DNA of 37,014 nucleotides from Bacilli bacterium (GCA_045613165.1 JAZLAK010000093.1:1-37014), one strand, 5' to 3'; positions 25,274-33,975 are shown, counted from the first letter of the stretch. A program made the numbers and translations. The notes: generated by a model not told the origin, from the sequence alone.

Positions 25274-25768
25274 ATGAAATATAACAAAATACGTAAAATG
25301 GATATATCTAACGGACCTGGAGTTAGAGTATCAGTTTTCATGCAAGGATGTGTATTTAATTGTAAAAATTGTTTCAACCCTGAAACACACGATTTTAATG
25401 GTGGCAACGATTTTACCGATGAAACCATAGATAAAATATTAAATTTTTGTAATAACGATTACATAGTTGGACTTTCTATATTAGGTGGAGAACCATTACA
25501 CCCTAAAAATATAGAAGGTTCAACCAACCTTGCTAAGAAATTCAAGGAAACTTATCCAAATAAAAATATTTGGGTTTGGTCAGGATACTTATTTGAAGAA
25601 TATTTAAAAGATAAAGAAATAATAAATTATATAGATGTTTTAGTTGATGGGCAATATAACGATGATTTACATAGTCCTATCTTAAAATGGAAAGGTTCTT
25701 CAAATCAAAGAGTTATAGATATTAAAAAAACATTAAAAAAAGAAAAAATTGTATTATACGAAGATTAA
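25274..25768 (+). CDS. nrdG: Anaerobic RNR activating radical-SAM protein
   Basis: ISNGPGVRVSVFMQGCVFNCKNCFNPETH contains the CxxxCxxC cluster. The gene starts 2 nt after nrdD. Confidence 0.93.
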   Translation: MKYNKIRKMDISNGPGVRVSVFMQGCVFNCKNCFNPETHDFNGGNDFTDETIDKILNFCNNDYIVGLSILGGEPLHPKNIEGSTNLAKKFKETYPNKNIWVWSGYLFEEYLKDKEIINYIDVLVDGQYNDDLHSPILKWKGSSNQRVIDIKKTLKKEKIVLYED

Positions 25769-25776
25769 GGAGATTT

Positions 25777-26235
25777 ATGAAACAAAGAGGATTTGAAATA
25801 GCACAAGGATGGGAAGATAAAGATATTAATCTACCAGTTAGAAAAACAAAATATTCAGCTGCATACGATTTAGAGGCAGCTGAAGAAACTATAATACCAA
25901 GTTTTAAAAGCGGAATGAAACCAACGCTTATACCTACAGGGTTAAAAGCTTATATGCAAGGTGATGAAGTTTTAAAACTATTCCCAAGAAGTTCAGGGCC
26001 AAAAAAACAAGGAATATTATTCCCTCATAGTGTAGGTATAATTGATAAAGATTATTACGGAAACGAAGATAACGATGGGCATCTATTAGTACAATGCATT
26101 AATATTAAAGATGAAGATGTAATAATAAAAAAAGGAGAAACAATTGCGCAAGCAATGTTTCAAAAATATTTAATTATAGATGATGATAATGCAAATGGTA
26201 CTCGTACTGGAGGATTTGGTTCAACTGATAAATAA
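25777..26235 (+). CDS. dut: dUTP diphosphatase (trimeric dUTPase family)
   Basis: Present are AAYDL, PRSS, GIIDKDYYGN and the C-terminal RTGGFGSTD motif. Confidence 0.85.
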   Translation: MKQRGFEIAQGWEDKDINLPVRKTKYSAAYDLEAAEETIIPSFKSGMKPTLIPTGLKAYMQGDEVLKLFPRSSGPKKQGILFPHSVGIIDKDYYGNEDNDGHLLVQCINIKDEDVIIKKGETIAQAMFQKYLIIDDDNANGTRTGGFGSTDK

Positions 26236-26266
26236 AAGAGCTTACTTATTGTAAACTCTTTTTTAA
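26235..26266. terminator. Hairpin between convergent dut and the XRE gene
   Basis: AAAGAGCTTAC (26235-26245) pairs with GTAAACTCTTT (26251-26261) with one mismatch, followed by a T-run. Confidence 0.6.
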
Positions 26267-26496
26267 TTTTCAAAAAAATTCTTAATATCTACCTCTAACA
26301 CATCAGCTATTCTTCCTAGTGTAACTATACTAAAACTTTTATTTTTAGTAGGACTTTCTATTTCACATATATAATCAACTGACAAATCAGTAGCATCAGC
26401 CAATTGTTGTTGAGTAAGGTGCTTTTCTTTACGATACTTTTTAATATTTTTTCTTATAATATTATAGTAATGATCGTTAGTATTGTAGCTAGTCAC
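26263..26496 (-). CDS. XRE-family helix-turn-helix transcriptional regulator
   Basis: The HTH is LTQQQLADATDLSVDYICEIES. Start is GTG, 9 nt after AAGGTG. Confidence 0.8.
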   Translation of the reverse strand: MTSYNTNDHYYNIIRKNIKKYRKEKHLTQQQLADATDLSVDYICEIESPTKNKSFSIVTLGRIADVLEVDIKNFFEN

Positions 26497-26602
26497 ATTG
26501 TATCACACCTTTTCTATTAACATTTTCTCAAAAAGTCCTTAAATAGTGAACGGGCTTATAGTACGAGATATAATTATTATGTGTTCATATTTATAATTTT
26601 AT

Positions 26603-27298
26603 TCAATATTCTTTCTTTTCTTTTAAAAACTTCTTATATATTTTTAATAGTGCTCTTTTCTCAATTCTCGATACATAACTCCTAGAGATTTTCATACCAG
26701 AAGATATCTCCTTTTGCGTTAACTCGTCATTATTAAATAAACCATATCTTTTAATAATAATTTCTTTTTCTCTTTCATTTAAAATATTTAAATATTTAAT
26801 TAAAGTATTTATAGACTCTTTATTATGAAGAGTTGTAAGAATATCTTCATCTTCACTTTTAATGACATCTATTAAATTTATTTCATTACCATCTTTATCA
26901 AAACCTATAGAATCATTTAAACTAACATCATTTATATGTTTTTTATTATTTCTAAAATACATTAATACCTCATTTTGAATACATTTAGCACAATAAGTAG
27001 TTAATTTAATATTTTTATCATTCTTAAAAGAGTCTATTCCTTTAATCAGGCCAATTGTTCCTATACTTATTAAATCATCTATTTCCTTATCTTTCGTATC
27101 ATACTTTTTAACTATATGAGCTACCAATCTCAAATTATGTTCTATTAATTTAGCGCGTGCTTCTTTATTTCCTTGAGCTTTAAGTTCTAAACAACTTTTT
27201 TCTTCTTCAGGACTTAAAGGCTCAGGGAATACATTTATTGAATAAGAACCAGTAAAAAAATATAAACTTTTAAATATACTTAACAAACTCAAAATCAT
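26603..27298 (-). CDS. sigK: Sporulation sigma factor K precursor (pro-sigma-K), uninterrupted
   Basis: NVFPEPLSPEEEKSCLELKAQGNKEARAKLIEHNLRLVAHIVKKY, LISIGTIGLIKGIDSF and ISRSYVSRIEKRALLK track B. subtilis SigK rather than SigE. A short hydrophobic pro-peptide (MILSLLSIFKSLYFFTGS/YS) precedes them. Confidence 0.85.
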   Translation of the reverse strand: MILSLLSIFKSLYFFTGSYSINVFPEPLSPEEEKSCLELKAQGNKEARAKLIEHNLRLVAHIVKKYDTKDKEIDDLISIGTIGLIKGIDSFKNDKNIKLTTYCAKCIQNEVLMYFRNNKKHINDVSLNDSIGFDKDGNEINLIDVIKSEDEDILTTLHNKESINTLIKYLNILNEREKEIIIKRYGLFNNDELTQKEISSGMKISRSYVSRIEKRALLKIYKKFLKEKKEY

Positions 27299-27412
27299 TA
27301 AATCACCTAATATAATATATTTAACTTATTAAAAAATATAAATAAATTTGTCGATTACTAAAAAACTTAGTAAATAAGATTTTATAGACATAATATTTAA
27401 TAATTAATACAT

Positions 27413-27441
27413 TTGACATTGTATTTAAAATATTGTAATAT
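27413..27441 (+). promoter_or_regulatory. Sigma-A-type promoter for the duplicated-domain gene
   Basis: TTGACA (27413-27418), a 17-nt spacer, then TAATAT (27436-27441). Confidence 0.55.
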
Positions 27442-27472
27442 ATAATCTCTTTTGGAAAAGGGGAGAAATTTT

Positions 27473-28447
27473 ATGGAAATGAATTTAGAATTGCAAACAA
27501 GAAAAATAATTCAAAAAATAGATTTAATAACAAATTTAATAGAAACATTAGCAAATTATAACAGTATTGAAGGTTACACAAATCAAAAGAAATTTACAAT
27601 AGATATCAAATATAGAAAAGAAGACAATAATCCAAATTTTTACTATAGCATTAATATATTAAGAGGAACTAATGAACCAAAAAATATATTCAATATGAGA
27701 TTTGTTTCATATGAAAATATAAATTATATTTTAGAAAATTTAATAAATAGATTAACAACTAGTGATTATTTTTCACATACTACGTATAGTAGTGAATATG
27801 GTAAATATAGTTCTTATAATATAACTTTAAAAAATAACGTTGATGTCAAATTAGGAATCAAAACATTAGAAGATTTAGAATTTTTTAACAAAATAGAAGA
27901 ACGATTCAAACAAAAAATGATTAGAGTATATCCTCCTGAAGAATCTAATAAAACTAAAGATGAAATACAAAAAGAAAAAATGATAAATATAATAGATTTA
28001 ATGTATAAAGTTTTAAGTATTTTAGAACAATATAATACTATTGAAGACTACAACAACACAAAACCATTCAGTTTTAAAATAAAAAACTATTATGATAATT
28101 TAAAAGAATGTTATGTATTTAATTTTACAATAACAAGAGGAAATACAAATCCTGAAGTATTTTTAACTCTTAATGCAAATATTAAAGATAAAAAAGTATT
28201 CTATGAAAAAATTTATGATTTAATGCATCATTTTAAACAAAAACAAAGTTTCTTAATAAATATGCTGATTAATGATTTTAATGGTTCATATACTATATTA
28301 ACTAAAAATAGTATTTCTTTAGAATTTGCATTTTATGATGAATTAGATAAAACATTTTATATAAGTTTTATGAAAGAAACTGATAAAAAAAACAATGAAT
28401 ATGAATTAAATCCAAGGAAAGATAAATTATTAAAACCTATCGAATAA
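27473..28447 (+). CDS. Hypothetical protein built from two tandem ~160-aa repeats
   Basis: AAGGGGAG precedes ATG 27473, and the ORF-track TTG 27452 is unlikely. Repeat 1 (KIDLITNLIETLANYNSIEGYTNQKKFTIDIKY...SINILRGTNEPKNIF) aligns with repeat 2 (IIDLMYKVLSILEQYNTIEDYNNTKPFSFKIKNY...NFTITRGNTNPEVFL). No signal peptide and no known family. Confidence 0.7.
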   Translation: MEMNLELQTRKIIQKIDLITNLIETLANYNSIEGYTNQKKFTIDIKYRKEDNNPNFYYSINILRGTNEPKNIFNMRFVSYENINYILENLINRLTTSDYFSHTTYSSEYGKYSSYNITLKNNVDVKLGIKTLEDLEFFNKIEERFKQKMIRVYPPEESNKTKDEIQKEKMINIIDLMYKVLSILEQYNTIEDYNNTKPFSFKIKNYYDNLKECYVFNFTITRGNTNPEVFLTLNANIKDKKVFYEKIYDLMHHFKQKQSFLINMLINDFNGSYTILTKNSISLEFAFYDELDKTFYISFMKETDKKNNEYELNPRKDKLLKPIE

Positions 28448-28503
28448 AAAAGTTGTAATTTAAAAAATATTAAACTATAATATAGTCCCAAGGAAGTGGT
28501 TCT

Positions 28504-28854
28504 ATGGAAAATTTAGTATTAGATAAAAAATTTACAACATCAATTAACTTTTTCGATAATATATTATTTTTAGATTCTTTTGACAACGACAAAAAAGTAT
28601 ATAATATGGTAGTTGATTATTTAAGAAAAGATAATCACTATATATTAAAATTAAATATATTAGATAAAAATATAGAATTAGTTAAAACAGAATGTGTGCT
28701 AGCTAACAAAATTAATGGAAGTATAGTAATTAAAGATATAATTAATTTAGTAACCAAAAAATATAATAATGATCTTATAATAGATGTAAAAGAATTAGAT
28801 CAAAACAACAATTGTATAAAATTTGGTAGAAGAACGTATAATTCAAAGAATTAG
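28504..28854 (+). CDS. Hypothetical protein (116 aa)
   Basis: It has an AAGGAAGTGG RBS and a strong terminator overlapping the stop codon. No family recognised. Confidence 0.65.
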   Translation: MENLVLDKKFTTSINFFDNILFLDSFDNDKKVYNMVVDYLRKDNHYILKLNILDKNIELVKTECVLANKINGSIVIKDIINLVTKKYNNDLIIDVKELDQNNNCIKFGRRTYNSKN

Positions 28855-28875
28855 TAATATTTCTTTGAATTTTTT
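28841..28875 (+). terminator. Rho-independent terminator
   Basis: ATTCAAAGAA (28841-28850) pairs with TTCTTTGAAT (28861-28870) as a perfect 10-bp stem, followed by T5. Confidence 0.8.
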
Positions 28876-28876
28876 G

Positions 28877-28905
28877 TTGATAAATATTTAAAAATTTGTT
28901 AAAAT
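28877..28905 (+). promoter_or_regulatory. Sigma-A promoter of rpsB-tsf
   Basis: TTGATA (28877-28882), a 17-nt spacer, then TGT-TAAAAT (extended -10; hexamer at 28900-28905). Confidence 0.65.
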
Positions 28906-29018
28906 ATCAATGGTTTCAAAAACCAAATATACACATTTGCTGATCGTTAAACCTAGTGGCTATTGTTGGAGAGACGAGAAGAGGTAAATGGAAGAAAAAC
29001 GAAAGGAAGAGTGAAATT

Positions 29019-29942
29019 ATGGCTGTTGTTTCTATGAATAATTTATTAGAAGCAGGTGTTCAATTTGGACATCAAACAAAAAGATGGAATCCAAAAATGA
29101 AGGAATACATCTTTACTTCAAGAGACGATATTTATATAATCAATCTTGAAAAAACTGTAGAATGCATGGAAAAAGCATATGCAGAAATTAAAAAAATTGC
29201 TGAAAATGGAGGAAAATTCTTATTTGCTGGAACTAAAAAACAAGCTAGCGAAGTTTGTGTAGAAGAAGCTACACGTAGTGAAAGTTTCTATGTAACTGAA
29301 AGATGGTTAGGTGGAACATTAACTAATTTCCGTACTATTAGAAGACGTGTTAAACGTTTAGAAGAAATAGAAAAAATGGAACAAGATGGTTCTTTTGATT
29401 TATTACCAAAAAAAGAAGTAATTGGTTTAAAGAAAGAATATGATAAATTAAATAAAGTTTTATGTGGAATTAGAAATATGGATAGACTTCCAAACGCATT
29501 AATTATTGTTGATCCTAAAAAAGAAATAAATGCAATTAGAGAAGCTAGAAAATTAAATATTCCAGTATTTGGTATCGTTGATACAAACTGTGATCCAGAT
29601 GACGTTGATTTTGTAATTCCTGGTAACGATGACGCTGTTAGAGCAGTTAAAGTTGTATTAGGAGTATTAAACAATGCTATTTGTGAAGCTAAAGGTTTAG
29701 AAATAGTTGATTATGTTACTGAAGAAGAACCTAAAAAAGTAGCGAAAAAAGAAACTGAAGAAAAAGTAGTTGCTCCAAAAGCTAAAGTAGAAGAAACAAA
29801 AGTTGAAAAAGAAGAAATTAAAGAAACTGAAGATTTATCTAAAAAAACTGTTGCTGAATTAAAAGCAATGGCTAAAGAAGCTGGTATAACTGGTTATACT
29901 TCAATGAAAAAAGATGAATTATTAAGTGTTTTAAATAAATAA
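29019..29942 (+). CDS. rpsB: 30S ribosomal protein S2 with a C-terminal extension
   Basis: [27 protein letters not shown] is the canonical S2 N-terminus, and AGGAAGAG precedes ATG 29019. The ORF-track GTG 28956 adds a non-homologous purine-encoded extension. The last ~70 aa form a Glu/Lys-rich linker plus [33 protein letters not shown]. Confidence 0.9.
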   Translation: MAVVSMNNLLEAGVQFGHQTKRWNPKMKEYIFTSRDDIYIINLEKTVECMEKAYAEIKKIAENGGKFLFAGTKKQASEVCVEEATRSESFYVTERWLGGTLTNFRTIRRRVKRLEEIEKMEQDGSFDLLPKKEVIGLKKEYDKLNKVLCGIRNMDRLPNALIIVDPKKEINAIREARKLNIPVFGIVDTNCDPDDVDFVIPGNDDAVRAVKVVLGVLNNAICEAKGLEIVDYVTEEEPKKVAKKETEEKVVAPKAKVEETKVEKEEIKETEDLSKKTVAELKAMAKEAGITGYTSMKKDELLSVLNK

Positions 29943-29964
29943 TTAGAATTAAAGGAGATTTTAT

Positions 29965-30834
29965 ATGATTACTGCAAAACAAGTTAGTGAATTAAGAAAC
30001 ATGACTGGTGCTGGAATGATGGATTGTAAAAAAGCATTAGCTGAAACTAATGGAGACATCGAAGCAGCAGTTGATTGGTTAAGAGAAAAAGGTATTGCTA
30101 AAAGCGCTAAAAAAGCAAGTCGTATAGCTGCTGAAGGTTTAGCAAATATATACGTTGAAGGAAATAAAGCTGCAATCCTAGAAGTAAATAGTGAAACTGA
30201 TTTCGTTAGTAAAAATGAAGAATTTACTGGAATGATAGACACTATTGGAAATGCTATTTTAAATAGTGATGCTGCAACTTTAGAAGATGTTCTTGCACTT
30301 CCATGTGAAGAAGGAACTATTAATGATTTAATCATTGCAAAAACTGCTAAAATAGGAGAAAAATTATCTCTAAGAAGATTTGAATTAGTAACTAAAGCTG
30401 ATAATGAAGTATTTGGTTCTTATTTACATATGGGTGGTAAAATTGCTGTTTTAACTGTTGTTGAAGGAGCAAATGAAGAAGTTGCTAGAGAAGTATCAAT
30501 GCAAGCAGCTGCTATGAAACCTCAATACTTAAGCGAAAGCGATGTTCCTGCTGAAGTAGTTGCTCGTGAAAGCGAAGTATTCAAAACTCAAGCTATGGAA
30601 GAAGGAAAACCTGCTGAAATTGCTGAAAAAATGGTTGCTGGAAGAATTAAAAAATTCTATAAAGAAATTTGTTTACTTAACCAAGCATTCATCAAAGACG
30701 GAGATATAGATGTTCAAACTTACGTTAAAAATAACGGTGGAGTAGTTAAATCTATGGTTCGTTTCGAAGTTGGTGAAGGTATGCAAAAACGTGAAGAAAA
30801 TTTTGCAGAAGAAGTTATGAGTCAAATTAAATAA
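29965..30834 (+). CDS. tsf: Elongation factor Ts
   Basis: ITAKQVSELRNMTGAGMMDCKKALAETNGDIEAAVDWLREKG is the UBA-like N-terminus of EF-Ts. The gene follows rpsB directly. Confidence 0.93.
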   Translation: MITAKQVSELRNMTGAGMMDCKKALAETNGDIEAAVDWLREKGIAKSAKKASRIAAEGLANIYVEGNKAAILEVNSETDFVSKNEEFTGMIDTIGNAILNSDAATLEDVLALPCEEGTINDLIIAKTAKIGEKLSLRRFELVTKADNEVFGSYLHMGGKIAVLTVVEGANEEVAREVSMQAAAMKPQYLSESDVPAEVVARESEVFKTQAMEEGKPAEIAEKMVAGRIKKFYKEICLLNQAFIKDGDIDVQTYVKNNGGVVKSMVRFEVGEGMQKREENFAEEVMSQIK

Positions 30835-30853
30835 CCCTATGGGTTATTTTTTT
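30831..30853 (+). terminator. Rho-independent terminator after tsf
   Basis: ATAACCC (30831-30837) pairs with GGGTTAT (30841-30847) around loop TAT, followed by T6. Confidence 0.75.
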
Positions 30854-30910
30854 GTGTATATTTTTATAAAACTATGATAAAATTATTTTATAAGAATAGA
30901 GGGTATTTAC

Positions 30911-32137
30911 ATGACTATTATTGATATTATAAATAAAAAAAGATTAGGTAAAGAATTATCTTATGAAGAATTAGATTATGCTTTCACTGGATATCTAAAC
31001 AAAAAACATGAAGATTACCAAATGAGCAGCCTTTTAATGGCAATTGTTATTAATGGAATGACTTTAGAAGAAACAATAGATTTAACGGATATATTCATTA
31101 AAAGTGGGGATGTTTATGATTTAAGCGAAATAGGAGAGATAATCGTAGATAAACATTCTACTGGTGGCATAGGTGACTCAACAACATTAGTAGTAGGTCC
31201 AATAGTCGCATCATGTGGTGTTAAAATGGCCAAATTGAGCGGAAGAGGTTTAGGCATAACCGGTGGAACAATAGATAAATTAGAGAGTATTCCCAAATTT
31301 AATGTAAATTTAAATGAAAAAGAATTTATCAAAGCTGTTAAAAATGTTGGTTTTGTTGACTGCGCTCAAACAAAAATCTTAGTTCCTTTAGATAAAATAG
31401 TATATAATTTAAGAAATAATTCTGGCACAACTGAATCTCTACCATTAATAACATCAAGTATAATGTCTAAAAAAATTGCTAGTGGCGCTGACATTATATT
31501 AATTGATATAAAAGTTGGTTGTGGAGCATTAATAAAAACAAAAAAAGATGCTAATTTAATCAGTTCATGGATGAAAGAGATTGGTAAAAGATATAACAAA
31601 AAAGTAGTAACTATTATTAGTGATATGAATGTACCTTTATCCAATAGTATAGGAAACGCTTTAGAAGTAGAAGAAGCTATGAAAGTTTTATACGGAGAAA
31701 AAACAAGACTTTATGATACTTCAAAAGAAATAGCAAGTCTATTAATATCTTTAGCAAAGAAAGTAACAATACAAGAAGCCGAAGAAATGGTTGATTTATC
31801 AATTTCTTCAGGAAGAGCATATAAAAAATTCTTAGAGTTTGTAACTAATCAAGGTGGAAATATAAATAATTTAAAAATCAACGCTAAAATAAAAGTAATT
31901 AAATCAGAAAAAAGTGGCACTTTAAAAGATATTAACGCTCTAAAAGTAGGGGAATTAGCACTTAAGTTAGGTGCTGGAAAAATAAATGATAGAGAAACTA
32001 TTGATTATTCAGCTGGTGTTAAACTATATAAAGAAATAGGAGAAAAAGTTAAAAAAGGAGACATCTTAGCAGCAATATATACAAATAAAAATATAAAGTT
32101 GTCAAATGAAGATATTAATTGTTTTATAATAGAATAA
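30911..32137 (+). CDS. pdp: Pyrimidine-nucleoside (thymidine) phosphorylase
   Basis: Present are IINKKRLGKELSYEEL, DKHSTGGIGDSTTLVVGPIVASCGVKMAKLSGRGLGITGGTIDKLESIP, and the C-terminal PYNP domain. Confidence 0.9.
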   Translation: MTIIDIINKKRLGKELSYEELDYAFTGYLNKKHEDYQMSSLLMAIVINGMTLEETIDLTDIFIKSGDVYDLSEIGEIIVDKHSTGGIGDSTTLVVGPIVASCGVKMAKLSGRGLGITGGTIDKLESIPKFNVNLNEKEFIKAVKNVGFVDCAQTKILVPLDKIVYNLRNNSGTTESLPLITSSIMSKKIASGADIILIDIKVGCGALIKTKKDANLISSWMKEIGKRYNKKVVTIISDMNVPLSNSIGNALEVEEAMKVLYGEKTRLYDTSKEIASLLISLAKKVTIQEAEEMVDLSISSGRAYKKFLEFVTNQGGNINNLKINAKIKVIKSEKSGTLKDINALKVGELALKLGAGKINDRETIDYSAGVKLYKEIGEKVKKGDILAAIYTNKNIKLSNEDINCFIIE

Positions 32138-32172
32138 TTATGGTATAATCAAATAAAATAGAAGGTGAAAAT

Positions 32173-33927
32173 ATGTTTGGAAAAATTTTAAATATAACAG
32201 ATTCAACAGTAGAAGTAGAAATAAATAAAACAGCTGAAGTAATACCTAACTTAATGAATTTACATGTAGTATTTGTAGATAATGATACAAAATTATTAGG
32301 AGAAGTTAGAACAATATTAACTGATACAATTCACATTGATTTAAAAGGTCAATTTATTGGAGAAAAATTTATAGCAGGGACTATAAAAAAACCATCATTA
32401 TCTAGCACAGTAAGAGTAATAGAAGAAAATGAATTAAATATAGTTTTAGGAGACAATAATGAAGCTAGTATTTACTTAGGAAAAAGTCCAATTTATCCAA
32501 GTAAAAATGTATACGTTAATATAAATGATATTTTCTCAAATCACTTATCAATAATAGGTAATTCTGGTTCTGGTAAAAGTTGTAGCGTAGCAAGAATAAT
32601 ACAAAATATATTTTTAAATAAAAATTTCTTAACTTACAATGCAAATTTATTCTTCTTTGACGCATATGGAGAATACAAAAATGCATTCAAGAGTTTATCT
32701 CAAATAAATCCAAATTATCAATATAAATTCTTAACTACAAATCCTACTGAAGAAACTGACGGAAATTTAGTTATACCAATTTATTTACTATCTGTTGATG
32801 ATATAGCATTATTACTACAAGCAACTGATCACAACCAAATAACTATAATTGAAAGAATGTATAAATTAGTTAGAATATTCTCAAGAAATGATGATAACGC
32901 TAAAAAATTAAAAAATCATTTAATAGCAAAAGCAATAATGAACATATTCTTTTCTAATCAAAGTTCTACAGCAAAAAAAGCCGATATATTCTCTATAGTT
33001 ACAAGTTGTAGTACTGACGAATTTAATTTAAAAGCTGAATTGCAAGGAATAGGCTATACAAGAGTATTTAGTGAATGTTTTGGTATAGATAGAAATGGCG
33101 AATTTGGAGAAAGCGTTTTATTAAACGAATATATTAATAAATTTATAGATGACAATCTAGAAAGTAGTATTGTAATACCTGATCAAGCATTCTTTACTTT
33201 AAATGATTTATCTAAAGCTTTAAACTTTACTTTAATAGGTGAAGGTTTCCAAGAAAATAAAACTATTCAAGATTCAGCTGTAATATTAAAAGTTAGACTA
33301 AACTCAATAATTAATAGTTCAAATAGTGTATTCTTTAATGCTACCGAATATACAAATTTAGAAACATATATTTCTAATTTAATAATGAATAATAATAAGA
33401 GAAGCCAAATAATAAATGTAAATTTAGAAGGTGTTGACGATAATCTAGCTAAAGTTATAGTTAAAATATTATCTAAAATGTTATTTGATTTCGCTAAATC
33501 TAGAACAGACAGAGCAAGCATACCTTTCCATTTATTCATAGAAGAAGCTCATAGATATGTTGTAAAAGATAACGATGTGTTCTTATTAGGTTACAATATA
33601 TTTGAACGTATTGCTAAAGAAGGTAGAAAATACGGGGTTATTCTAGATTTAATAACTCAAAGACCAGTAGAAATAAGCGATACAGTAGTATCGCAAATGA
33701 GTAATTTCTTAATATTAAAAATGACTCATCCAAAAGATTTAGAATATATAGAAAAAATGCTACCTAATATCAGCGGAGATGTAATAGACAAATTAAATTC
33801 TTTACAAGCAGGGACTTTAGTAGCATTCGGTAACGCATTTAAAATACCGCTACTTATAAAAATGGATATGCCAGATCCTACACCATATAGTTCTAACTGT
33901 GATATAGTAGGTAGATGGAAAGGATAA
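32173..33927 (+). CDS. HerA-like (DUF87/FtsK-HerA superfamily) ATPase
   Basis: It has an N-terminal HAS-barrel-like beta region. Walker A is GNSGSGKSCSV, Walker B is HLFIEEAHRYV, followed by ITQRPVEISDTVVSQMSNFLILKM. An extended -10 (TGGTATAAT) lies at 32141-32149, the RBS is GAAGGTGA, and the gene has its own terminator. Confidence 0.75.
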   Translation: MFGKILNITDSTVEVEINKTAEVIPNLMNLHVVFVDNDTKLLGEVRTILTDTIHIDLKGQFIGEKFIAGTIKKPSLSSTVRVIEENELNIVLGDNNEASIYLGKSPIYPSKNVYVNINDIFSNHLSIIGNSGSGKSCSVARIIQNIFLNKNFLTYNANLFFFDAYGEYKNAFKSLSQINPNYQYKFLTTNPTEETDGNLVIPIYLLSVDDIALLLQATDHNQITIIERMYKLVRIFSRNDDNAKKLKNHLIAKAIMNIFFSNQSSTAKKADIFSIVTSCSTDEFNLKAELQGIGYTRVFSECFGIDRNGEFGESVLLNEYINKFIDDNLESSIVIPDQAFFTLNDLSKALNFTLIGEGFQENKTIQDSAVILKVRLNSIINSSNSVFFNATEYTNLETYISNLIMNNNKRSQIINVNLEGVDDNLAKVIVKILSKMLFDFAKSRTDRASIPFHLFIEEAHRYVVKDNDVFLLGYNIFERIAKEGRKYGVILDLITQRPVEISDTVVSQMSNFLILKMTHPKDLEYIEKMLPNISGDVIDKLNSLQAGTLVAFGNAFKIPLLIKMDMPDPTPYSSNCDIVGRWKG

Positions 33928-33937
33928 AATAATAATT

Positions 33938-33975
33938 AAAATACAGAAAAACAATATTTTGCTGTATTTTTTATT
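33938..33975 (+). terminator. Rho-independent terminator after the HerA-like gene
   Basis: AAATACAG (33939-33946) pairs with CTGTATTT (33962-33969), followed by a T-rich run. Confidence 0.65.

Noticed and set aside
26603-27298. Considered a skin-like prophage interruption of sigK.
   Set aside because: The ORF is continuous through regions 2 to 4 with no break.
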